A stretch of DNA of 37,040 nt from a virus. The stretch lies in IMG/VR virus record IMGVR_UViG_3300045988_150299, positions 1 through 37,040 of that record; one strand, 5' to 3'. This document shows, in pieces, positions 26,143 through 33,418 of the stretch (position 1 is the first letter of the stretch; every line of letters starts with the position of its first letter). The notes below the pieces were generated by a model. That model made no database searches. It was not told where the DNA came from and worked only from the letters and a program-made list of their open reading frames with translations. Position numbers and translations under genes: made by a program.

Positions 26143-26622
26143 TTATCTCTCCTCCTTTTCCCATGCTTCTACATCATAGAATTTATCAAGGATTTTTCTT
26201 GCTTTTCTAAAAGTCCCAACTTTTCTAAAGTTATATCTTTTAAAAAACTTCATAGCCAGTTTATATGCTGGACTTTCTGGAACTATATTTAATTCTATTT
26301 TTTTGTAGAGCTTATCAAGCATACTACAAAATTTAGCGAAATCATCTAAGAACTCTTTTCTCTCTGTGAGGTTATCTCCTAGAAAAATAAAGTCTAGTGA
26401 TATTATTTTGTCATGTGGTATGTTATAGATACAGCCCATATAACCTACTATGTGTCCATCATGGATAGATAACATCATCAGTTCATCTAGCCCTTTTATA
26501 TTTAGGTCATCTAATGAACCTGTGAAAAACTTATATTTTTCAATGTTTGCTTGTTGCTCCTCTTCTAGTATTTCTTTTAGCACTAGAAAAGCTTTATCTT
26601 CTCTTGATACTCCCTCAAGCAT
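26143..26622 (-). CDS. GNAT-fold acetyltransferase-like protein
   Basis: HIVGYMG strand and the C-terminus AYKLAMKFFKRYNFRKVGTFRKA...FYDVEAWE are typical of GNAT. The canonical Q/RxxGxG/A motif is not obvious. Confidence 0.4.
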   Translation of the reverse strand: MLEGVSREDKAFLVLKEILEEEQQANIEKYKFFTGSLDDLNIKGLDELMMLSIHDGHIVGYMGCIYNIPHDKIISLDFIFLGDNLTERKEFLDDFAKFCSMLDKLYKKIELNIVPESPAYKLAMKFFKRYNFRKVGTFRKARKILDKFYDVEAWEKEER

Positions 26623-27111
26623 TTACACAACCCCCTCAACTTGTAAGAATTTCTTAGTCTTGTCATCTCTTTGCTCTTGCTTGTCCTCTGTCTTTTCTCC
26701 CAGCTCTAATGAAACCTCAATGTTATTAGTTCCACCTTGCTTGTCCCAGCCTGCCAGAGTTTCTATTCTCTCTGATAGCTGAACTGCTGCTTTAAAATCT
26801 ACAAATTTACCTGTTTTTTCTAGTAGTCCTTTGTCTGTAAGTCTTATAATCTTTGTATCTTCTAGTCCTGCTGCCTGTTCAAATAGCCCTTGCATTATTG
26901 CTAAGTGTCCCATTTTATCTCTTCCAAGCATAAAGTCCACCATTTCCAAGTGTTCCTCTATTTGCTTGTTGATTTTCTTGCTACTCATTAGCTTGTGCAT
27001 TAGCTTTAGGTCGAATGGGATTCCAGCAGCTTGCATGGCTTTAAGTCCATTTTTGCAAACTAGAAATGATGATATGAACTTCTCTTCTTGCTCTTTGGTT
27101 ATTCCTGCCAT
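26623..27111 (-). CDS. Terminase small subunit-like DNA-binding protein
   Basis: The N-terminus EEKFISSFLVCKNGLKAMQAAGIP resembles the Terminase_2 HTH. It is the second gene of the late operon. Confidence 0.4.
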   Translation of the reverse strand: MAGITKEQEEKFISSFLVCKNGLKAMQAAGIPFDLKLMHKLMSSKKINKQIEEHLEMVDFMLGRDKMGHLAIMQGLFEQAAGLEDTKIIRLTDKGLLEKTGKFVDFKAAVQLSERIETLAGWDKQGGTNNIEVSLELGEKTEDKQEQRDDKTKKFLQVEGVV

Positions 27112-28187
27112 TCTAACTCTGCCCCCTCTTCTCCTAGTCTTATTTTTATACTAACTTTAGCTATTTTTTTGAGTAGTTTTTCCAATCTTTCAAAGTTCTT
27201 GGAATAAGACTTTTTAATCTCTCCAAGTTTTTCTAACTCTTCCAGCTTTTCAATAACTTTCTTTTTCTGGTATTGAATAGCTCTTTTTTTAATACTCATA
27301 TTATTTTCAGTCATTACAACATCAAGTAATCTAATATCAAATATTAAATACTCTTTCATCATAAGTCTTTCTGCTAACCCCTTAGTTCCTGGAGCAACTA
27401 TCTTTTTTAATTCTGCGATGTCATAGTTTAACTCTTTGACTATCTGCTCTGTAAGTATTGCTCCTATTGTTTTTCTAAGTGATGAAGCTAGATTATCTTT
27501 AGTTATTCCACCTAAATGATTTAAGTTGTAGGTCTTGAGGTGCGGAGGTCTTAGTGTCAACTCTCCTCTTAATGCTTGTCTTTTCTTTACTCCCTCTTTT
27601 CCCGTATCTTCCATCTCTTTTCTTTTGGAATAGATTTTAAAGTAAGCCTTGCTATCTCTTGGTCTTTTACCTTTTTCTCTAAAGTCTACTCCGTCAAGTT
27701 CCAATCTTTTTTTGTTGTCTGTATCAAAATACATTCTTGAGGTTGGAAAGATATTTTTATAGGCTCTGTATATCAAATTTAAAACTTGATAATAATTTCT
27801 AATGTTCTCAACTTCTAATTGGTTTGAGAGGTCTAGACTTGTTATAACTATATCCTCTTCTCTTACAAGTTCCCCTGTTATGCTTCTAAGTATTAAGATT
27901 AATTCTTGATGTACTTGAGCAATAACTTTTTTATTTGTTACTAGCTTGTAATTGTCATTGTTATCATATCTGGAATAACTAAAAGATATTGTTATAGTTA
28001 TAGAGTTTCTTTTCTCCTCTACTCCTATAAAGTTTAACCAGCTAAATTTTTTTAGCTGGATATTTTTATATAATATTCTTTTATTTTCTGCTTGTGCCTC
28101 TTCTTTCAGTAATAGATTAGCTGACCCGATTATAAAATCAAAGTCAGTTTGTCTAACTGAATAATTTATACTTGCGGTATCTACAAT
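27099..28187 (-). CDS. Rep_trans (pT181 RepC-like) rolling-circle replication initiator-like protein (the track ORF begins at the TTG at 27776; the ATT at 28187 is the proposed start)
   Basis: 137 stop-free codons lie upstream of the TTG and contain no ATG, GTG or TTG. SD AAGGGGGTG (28202-28194) lies 6 nt before the ATT that follows a TAG. Motifs ITSLDLS, RMYFDTD, KIYSKRKEMED and LRGELTL parallel RepC TRLDLAF, KYFGVRD, RIYNKKQERKD and WRVEIEL. Confidence 0.5.
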   Translation of the reverse strand: MVDTASINYSVRQTDFDFIIGSANLLLKEEAQAENKRILYKNIQLKKFSWLNFIGVEEKRNSITITISFSYSRYDNNDNYKLVTNKKVIAQVHQELILILRSITGELVREEDIVITSLDLSNQLEVENIRNYYQVLNLIYRAYKNIFPTSRMYFDTDNKKRLELDGVDFREKGKRPRDSKAYFKIYSKRKEMEDTGKEGVKKRQALRGELTLRPPHLKTYNLNHLGGITKDNLASSLRKTIGAILTEQIVKELNYDIAELKKIVAPGTKGLAERLMMKEYLIFDIRLLDVVMTENNMSIKKRAIQYQKKKVIEKLEELEKLGEIKKSYSKNFERLEKLLKKIAKVSIKIRLGEEGAELEWQE

Positions 28188-28391
28188 CTAACCCACCCCC
28201 TTTTAATTTTCTAAAAGATAGCTTTAAGTTTTAAAACTATCTCTAAGAAAATCAGGTATATTTTATTTTTTTATATGCTGCTCTCTCTAATATAAACGGG
28301 AGCATTATATATAATTTTATGTCAAAAAATTTTTTTAAAAACATAGAATTTATGCTAGTTTCAGAAGATTTTTTCTTACTTTTATACCCTC

Positions 28392-28417
28392 AAAAACGCA
28401 ATTTTTTTTGCGTTTTT
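28392..28417. terminator. Bidirectional terminator hairpin (aaaaacgcaa/ttgcgttttt)
   Basis: Perfect 10-bp stem with a T6 loop, A/T runs on both sides. Confidence 0.55.
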
Positions 28418-28445
28418 TGGGTAAAAAAATATTTATTAGTATGTT

Positions 28446-28583
28446 TTAAAATTCTATATCTCTTATTTTTCTTTCATAGAACATCATTAACATATGTTCT
28501 TTGACTTCATTTCTCAAGTCCATTTTGTCTAGCTCTTCTTTAAAATACTTCAATGTCTCAACGAGTTCTTTTGTTTCTTCCAT
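28446..28583 (-). CDS. Unlisted 45-aa ORF downstream of the XRE gene
   Basis: SD AAGGAGGTG lies 5 nt before the ATG. Sequence MEETKELVETLKYFKEELDKMDLRNEVKEHMLMMFYERKIRDIEF. Confidence 0.45.
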   Translation of the reverse strand: MEETKELVETLKYFKEELDKMDLRNEVKEHMLMMFYERKIRDIEF

Positions 28584-28619
28584 TCCTGCACCTCCTTTCG
28601 TTTTCCTGGTGTTAAAATG

Positions 28620-28856
28620 TTATTTAACTAAATCAGCAACTGAAACATCAAGGGCATTTGCTAGTTCAAATAAAGTTGATGTTGTTATCCCGTCGCCTTT
28701 TTCTAATTTTTTTAGTCTATTATGCACATTCTGGGGAGTAGTCCCAGTTTTTCTAGCTAATTCACTAGAATTTATTTTTTTCACTTCCATTTCTTTTAAA
28801 ATATTTTTATAAATTATTAAATTAAAATATTTAATTCCATTCATTATATACCTCAT
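28620..28856 (-). CDS. XRE-family HTH regulator (Cro-like)
   Basis: INSSELARKTGTTPQNVHNRLKK...TLFELANALDVSVADLV is a typical HTH_3 pattern. Confidence 0.75.
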   Translation of the reverse strand: MRYIMNGIKYFNLIIYKNILKEMEVKKINSSELARKTGTTPQNVHNRLKKLEKGDGITTSTLFELANALDVSVADLVK

Positions 28857-29010
28857 TTTTATTTTTTTATATATATTTTTAAACCATTTTAATTATATTA
28901 ATAACTTAAAAATTTAATAAAGTCAATATTTATTTTTTATATAAAAATAAAAAAGTTATAAAAACATTCTATTTTTCTAGCTTTTCAAAAGATAAAAAAT
29001 ATATAAAAAA

Positions 29011-29033
29011 AGAGGAGAAAAAAATTCTCCTCT
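29011..29033 (-). terminator. Rho-independent terminator after the membrane protein gene
   Basis: Stem agaggaga/tctcctct with a 7-nt loop, followed by a U7 run on the minus strand. Confidence 0.6.
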
Positions 29034-29071
29034 TGTTTATTCTTGTGATAATTATTTTATTTCTTTATTTT

Positions 29072-29788
29072 TTAAATAATTTCTAATTTTAAAATCATTG
29101 TTTCTTCTTTAGGGTCTAATATTACACAAATTGTTAATTTATAAGTTTTTAAATAATCATATTTTTCTAATTTGGTTATATCAGTTATGATATACTCTTC
29201 TCTTAAAGTTTCATCTTTCACATACATTCCTGTTTTTTTGATAGTAAAATCTTTGAATTCTTTTTCTAATTCTATATTCAATCCTGCAAATAATGAAGCA
29301 TAATAAAATTGTGCCAAACCTTTATTGTTTATATTTTTATGATTAAATTCTGGCGTTTTATATCTTGCAACTTTAAAATAAATGATATTTTTTTTATCAT
29401 AAAAATTATTAATCATATTTTCTATTTTAGGATTTTTATTTTTCAAAAAAGAATCCAAAAAAAAGTTAAATTTTTCTTTTTCTTCATCAAATAAATTTTC
29501 GAAAATGACTTCATCTACTGCTTGCTCCTCTCTACATTCTGGAACAGCCAAAGGTTTCATTGATATATCTTCAGGCATTTTTATTTCATAGTCATATACT
29601 CCTTTTGTATAATTATCGTTCTTCTCTTTTTCTTTTTGTTCTCTTTTTTCTTTTTCCCATTTTCTTATTTTACTTTCTTGTATTTGGTCATGAATAAACG
29701 ACCATACAAAAGCTATCACTAAAATAAAAATAGCTCCAACAATCGTTTCTCCTACTAAATAAATCAAATCATTTAAACTTCTTATCAT
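29072..29788 (-). CDS. Membrane-anchored protein of unknown function, co-transcribed with the repressor-like gene
   Basis: 238 aa with one N-terminal TM helix (VGETIVGAIFILVIAFVWSFI), a KE-rich linker, and a C-terminal domain of about 150 aa with no recognisable motif. Confidence 0.5.
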   Translation of the reverse strand: MIRSLNDLIYLVGETIVGAIFILVIAFVWSFIHDQIQESKIRKWEKEKREQKEKEKNDNYTKGVYDYEIKMPEDISMKPLAVPECREEQAVDEVIFENLFDEEKEKFNFFLDSFLKNKNPKIENMINNFYDKKNIIYFKVARYKTPEFNHKNINNKGLAQFYYASLFAGLNIELEKEFKDFTIKKTGMYVKDETLREEYIITDITKLEKYDYLKTYKLTICVILDPKEETMILKLEII

Positions 29789-29811
29789 ATCCCCGCCTTT
29801 ATATATAACCG

Positions 29812-30129
29812 TTATTGTTTTAAAAATTTAATAGCATCTAACATATGATTTAATTTTTTATTCTCTTCTTTTAATCTTTTTACCTCTTCTATCATTTCTG
29901 GGCTCATTCTATCGAAGTTCCAAGCTTCCCATGCTTCATTAGTTTCTTTCTCATTCAATTTTAAAAACTCTATTATTTTTTGCCAAGTTTCATATTTAGC
30001 AGTCTTTTTCCCATTTCTCATATAACTTAAATATACTTGGCTTATTCCTGCATACTCTGCCATATCTTTTAAATTTACATTTTTAGCAACTGAATATTTT
30101 TTTAAAAAAATCTCTGTATTAGTCATCAT
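29812..30129 (-). CDS. XRE-family HTH repressor (CI-like)
   Basis: LKDMAEYAGISQVYLSYMRNGKK is an HTH. The C-terminus is a coiled coil. The gene is divergent from the early operon. Confidence 0.65.
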   Translation of the reverse strand: MMTNTEIFLKKYSVAKNVNLKDMAEYAGISQVYLSYMRNGKKTAKYETWQKIIEFLKLNEKETNEAWEAWNFDRMSPEMIEEVKRLKEENKKLNHMLDAIKFLKQ

Positions 30130-30159
30130 AACACCTCGTTTTTACACTTTTTTATTTAT

Positions 30160-30188
30160 ATTATAGCACAAGCTATTAAATTTAGTAA
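30160..30188 (-). promoter_or_regulatory. Leftward promoter for the CI-like operon (TTACTA-17-TGcTATAAT)
   Basis: Extended -10 is the reverse complement of 30160-30168. The -35 is the reverse complement of 30183-30188. Confidence 0.45.
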
Positions 30189-30231
30189 ATAACCTAGTTT
30201 TTATTTTTAAACTTTTTTATTTAAAAAACTA

Positions 30232-30260
30232 TTGACAAATTAAAAAAAATTCTATATAAT
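30232..30260 (+). promoter_or_regulatory. Rightward early promoter, perfect consensus TTGACA-17-TATAAT
   Basis: TTGACA at 30232-30237, exact 17-bp spacer, TATAAT at 30255-30260. Confidence 0.7.
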
Positions 30261-30280
30261 TCAATTAAGAAATTAAACTA

Positions 30281-30304
30281 AAAGGTTTAAAAAAATAAAC
30301 CTTT
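30281..30304 (+). promoter_or_regulatory. 9-bp perfect inverted repeat in the early leader (operator or RNA hairpin)
   Basis: aaaggttta (30281-30289), A6 loop, taaaccttt (30296-30304). It lies between the predicted +1 and the radC SD. Confidence 0.35.
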
Positions 30305-30325
30305 AAATTTATAGGAGTTGGTAAT

Positions 30326-30841
30326 ATGAAAAAATTATTAAATTATTTAGGGTGCAGAAGTAAACAAGACTTAATATATCAATTTAAAAATAGTGATTCC
30401 GAAGAGATAGCAGAGTTGAGAATGGCTTTTGAATTAATAGCAGAGGATAGAGTAATGGATGATGAAATAAGATTAAAAGATAAGAAAAGTTTACTTGATT
30501 TTCTTAAATTCAAAGTAGGTTTTAAAGAAAGAGAAGAGTTTGTAGTAATTTTCTTAAATAATTACAACGTAATGACAGGATATGAAGTATTATTCACAGG
30601 AACAATAGATAAAAGTGCTGTATATCCAAGAGAGATAGCAGAAAGAGTTTTTAAATATAAAGCTAAGGGAGTAATATTTGCACATAATCATCCAAGCGGA
30701 AATTTAAGACCAAGTAAGCAAGATATTCAAATAACAGAACATATGCAAGAGTTCCTGGAAATGATAGATGTAAAACTTCTTGAGCATATAATTATCACAA
30801 AAGATGGACATTTTAGTTTTTTACAAGAGGGAATAATTTAA
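30326..30841 (+). CDS. radC: RadC-like JAB/JAMM domain protein
   Basis: The motif FAHNHPSGNLRPSKQD (HxHPSG...S..D) and size are typical. Confidence 0.85.
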   Translation: MKKLLNYLGCRSKQDLIYQFKNSDSEEIAELRMAFELIAEDRVMDDEIRLKDKKSLLDFLKFKVGFKEREEFVVIFLNNYNVMTGYEVLFTGTIDKSAVYPREIAERVFKYKAKGVIFAHNHPSGNLRPSKQDIQITEHMQEFLEMIDVKLLEHIIITKDGHFSFLQEGII

Positions 30842-30851
30842 GTTTTTATAG

Positions 30852-30874
30852 GTTCCCCAAGAGCCTTGGGGGAC
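30852..30874 (+). other. GC-rich stem-loop directly after radC (gttccccaag agc cttgggggac)
   Basis: 10-bp stem including one G-U pair, with a 3-nt loop. It has no clear U-run, so it may be an attenuator or processing site rather than a terminator. Confidence 0.3.
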
Positions 30875-30904
30875 TTGTTAAAAACTAAAAAGGGAGTTGG
30901 TATT

Positions 30905-31000
30905 ATGCCAGAATATTTAATGACAGATGAGGAGCTAGAAGCACTAGCAGAACAAATTTTTATTGAAAATCTTATTGAAGAGGGGGTTCTAGTATGGTAA
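30905..31000 (+). CDS. Unlisted 31-aa acidic peptide ORF (MPEYLMTDEELEALAEQIFIENLIEEGVLVW)
   Basis: SD AAGGGAG lies 8 nt upstream. Its stop overlaps the yqaJ-like start (ATGGTAA). Confidence 0.35.
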   Translation: MPEYLMTDEELEALAEQIFIENLIEEGVLVW

Positions 31001-31953
31001 ATCAAATGAGTATTTATGACATACCAAAGCATAATGGAATAACAGTATTCAAGGGAGATACTACAAATAGAGGGGAATGGTTAAAGCACCGTGTAATCGG
31101 TGCCTCTTCTATCCATAATCTTGTAGAAGTTGACAGATATAGAAAAGGTTGGATAGATAAAAAACCAGAATATTCAAGTCCTTGGTTATTGTATAAAAGT
31201 TTAAAAGGAGAATACGAACCTCAATTCAGTGAAATAACTCAAGATAAATTAGAGTTTGGACATTTTGCAGAAGATTTTATAAGAGCTAAATTTCCAGAAA
31301 AAGCAAAATTTAAAGTTTATGAAGTTATTCCAGGAGATGAAGTTATAAAGCATAAAGAATATGATTTCGCAACTTGTACCCCAGATGGCTGGGTTTCAAC
31401 TGATGAGGGTTGGTTCCCTATGGAGTGTAAAACTGGAGATAGTTTCCAATGGGATAAATGGAGTGGGGACACTGTACCAGATGAATATTATAGTCAATGC
31501 CAATGGATTTTAGAAGTTACAGGAAAAGAAAAAATGTATATACTTGGTTGGATAAACAACAGATTTACCAAAGTTTTTACAGTAGTTAAAGACCAAGAGT
31601 TCATAGACTATATGTTTTCTTTAGCTAAAGAGTTTTGGAAGAAATTCCAAAATAATATAGAACCAGAATTGATAGGAAATAAAGCAGAAGCTGAAGCACT
31701 TGGAATGGCTTATGAGATTCCAAAAGAAACTACTGAAAAAATAAAGTCAGAACTAGCACTTAACCTAGCTGATGAGCTACTTAACTCAATGCTAGAATTA
31801 AAAGAAATTGAAGAGAAAGCAAAACCAAAAGCTGATAGTATAAAACTTATGATAAAAAAAGAAATGCTAGAAAAAGGTGTTACACTTATGGAACTTGGAA
31901 ACGGACTTATAGCAAAATTAAATAAACGTGGAGCTTTAACAATAGGAGGATAA
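30994..31953 (+). CDS. YqaJ-type (lambda Exo-like, PD-(D/E)XK) recombination exonuclease
   Basis: TCTPDGWV...FPMECKTGD provides the D...ExK motif. It is paired with an annealase gene. Confidence 0.75.
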   Translation: MVNQMSIYDIPKHNGITVFKGDTTNRGEWLKHRVIGASSIHNLVEVDRYRKGWIDKKPEYSSPWLLYKSLKGEYEPQFSEITQDKLEFGHFAEDFIRAKFPEKAKFKVYEVIPGDEVIKHKEYDFATCTPDGWVSTDEGWFPMECKTGDSFQWDKWSGDTVPDEYYSQCQWILEVTGKEKMYILGWINNRFTKVFTVVKDQEFIDYMFSLAKEFWKKFQNNIEPELIGNKAEAEALGMAYEIPKETTEKIKSELALNLADELLNSMLELKEIEEKAKPKADSIKLMIKKEMLEKGVTLMELGNGLIAKLNKRGALTIGG

Positions 31954-31954
31954 T

Positions 31955-32914
31955 ATGGAAGTAATAGCTAAAAACAATATGATGGGAAAGAAACAGGTTT
32001 CAGAGATGAAGCCTGTTAAAGAGATAAAGGCAGAACAAATGGAAATGGGGATTGAAAGTAGATTACTTGAGGAAGTAAAGGCAGCAGTATTTTTAGCAAA
32101 ACAATTTCCTAGAGATGAAATAAAAGCAGAAAATAAAATACTAGAGCTATGTAAAAGAAAGAATTTTGCTGATACTGCCTTATATTCATTTCCTAGAGGT
32201 GGAGAAGTTGTGCAAGGTTTAACTATAAGATTTGCTGAAGCAGTTGCAAGAGCTTGGGGTAATATTCAATACTCGGTAATAGAATTAGATACAGATGATG
32301 GAAAATCTACAATGTTAGCTTATGCCTGGGACGTTGAAAACAATATCAAAACTACAAAGCAATTTGATGTATCTATGAAAAGATATACAAAAAAAGGTGC
32401 TTATGTTTTAACAGATATGAGGGACCAATACGAGATGAAAGCAAGTTATGGAGCTAGATTTTTAAGAGGTTGTATCTTGAATTTAATACCTAATTATATT
32501 TTAGATTCCTGCATAGAAGAGATAAAAACAACTATGGAAAGAGAGATTGAAAGCATAGAGGATATTTCACAAGCTAAAGAACAGATATTAATTTTCTTGG
32601 AAAATAAATTAAATCTTTCTAAGCAAGAACTAGAAAATTTTTTAAACTGTCCATATGAGAGCTGGACTTCTAGCCATCTAGTTAATTTAAAATTAGCTTA
32701 TAATGGTATTAAAGAGGGGCAATTAAAAATATCTGATTTAAAAGAAGTTACTCCAGTAAGTGATATTACAGAAGAGCAAATCCAAGAGTTATTAAAATTA
32801 GATAAACAAGGTATTTTACTTATGGAGTGTAAAAGAAAATATAATAAAGTATTACTTGAAAGATTGAATAATAAAGAATATGAAGAGTTAAAAGAGTTAC
32901 TAACAAGTAAATAA
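31955..32914 (+). CDS. RecT/Red-beta superfamily single-strand annealing protein (putative)
   Basis: It lies immediately downstream of the exonuclease. YEMKASYGARFLRGCILNLIP resembles RecT EEMAKKTAIRRLFKYLP. Confidence 0.5.
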   Translation: MEVIAKNNMMGKKQVSEMKPVKEIKAEQMEMGIESRLLEEVKAAVFLAKQFPRDEIKAENKILELCKRKNFADTALYSFPRGGEVVQGLTIRFAEAVARAWGNIQYSVIELDTDDGKSTMLAYAWDVENNIKTTKQFDVSMKRYTKKGAYVLTDMRDQYEMKASYGARFLRGCILNLIPNYILDSCIEEIKTTMEREIESIEDISQAKEQILIFLENKLNLSKQELENFLNCPYESWTSSHLVNLKLAYNGIKEGQLKISDLKEVTPVSDITEEQIQELLKLDKQGILLMECKRKYNKVLLERLNNKEYEELKELLTSK

Positions 32915-32917
32915 AAA

Positions 32918-32937
32918 TGGCAGGTTTATTCCTGCCA
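32918..32937 (+). terminator. Rho-independent terminator after the recombination genes
   Basis: Stem tggcagg/cctgcca, loop tttatt, followed by cttttatt. Confidence 0.6.
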
Positions 32938-33102
32938 CTTTTATTAAAGAATCTCGAATAACATATGACGATTAAAAAAAGCATCTTATATGGGGTTAAA
33001 AATTTGGATACAGTAGTATAATATACTTTTGGGTATAAGTCAATATCTTTTTAAAATTATAATACCACGAAGTTTTGTCAAAAATAAAAAAATCTCTAAA
33101 AT

Positions 33103-33152
33103 AGTTTAGAGAGTTTATATATAATATAGTTTATAATAGTTTATAGAGTTTA
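33103..33152 (+). repeat. Five AGTTTA(T) short direct repeats in the AT-rich segment of the origin
   Basis: Copies are at 33103, 33112, 33128, 33138 and 33147. The palindrome tctctaaa/tttagaga (33094-33113) is adjacent. Confidence 0.4.
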
Positions 33153-33194
33153 CAGTCCTCTCCAGCTCTTAATTTTAGAGAGCTAGAAACAAGA

Positions 33195-33329
33195 TACTGT
33201 GAAGTTTTGTCAGAATAGTGTGAAGTTTTGTCAGAAATAGAGGGGTATAGTGTGAAGTTTTGTCAGCCCATACTGTGAAGTTTTGTCAGAATAGTGTGAA
33301 GTTTTGTCAATAGTGTGAAGTTTTGTCAG
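33195..33329 (+). repeat. Iteron array: six 19-bp direct repeats TA(G/C)TGTGAAGTTTTGTCA(G/A)
   Basis: Copies start at 33195, 33216, 33248, 33271, 33292 and 33311, mostly 19-23 bp apart. A truncated copy lies at 33338-33345 and a core-only copy at 33069-33080. The array is directly upstream of the Rep_3 gene. Confidence 0.85.
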
Positions 33330-33418
33330 TTTATTAATAGTGTGAAAAAAAATAAAAAAATGTTGTATAAAAAGAAAATATAAGTTAAAATTATATCAGA
33401 GTGAAAAGGGGGTAAGAC

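Noticed and set aside
25684-26292. 202-aa plus-strand ORF
   Set aside because: It runs antisense across three minus-strand genes (portal start, the small L27-leader gene and the GNAT gene). Its composition is Cys/Ser/Phe/Leu-rich and low-complexity, and there is no ribosome-binding site.
28304-28325. TTGACA (reverse complement of 28320-28325) and TATAAT (reverse complement of 28304-28309) as the late-operon promoter
   Set aside because: The two hexamers are only 10 bp apart, so they cannot form one sigma70 promoter. The true late promoter could not be defined by eye and may depend on an activator.
30838-31032. 64-aa minus-strand ORF between radC and yqaJ
   Set aside because: It is antisense to the early operon and overlaps the coupled 31-aa ORF and the yqaJ start. 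It has no SD and a Ser-rich low-complexity sequence.
33195-33329. Possible CRISPR array (regular 19-bp direct repeats)
   Set aside because: The gaps between repeats are only 0-13 bp. There are no cas genes. The array sits immediately upstream of a Rep_3 initiator. It therefore fits iterons, not CRISPR.
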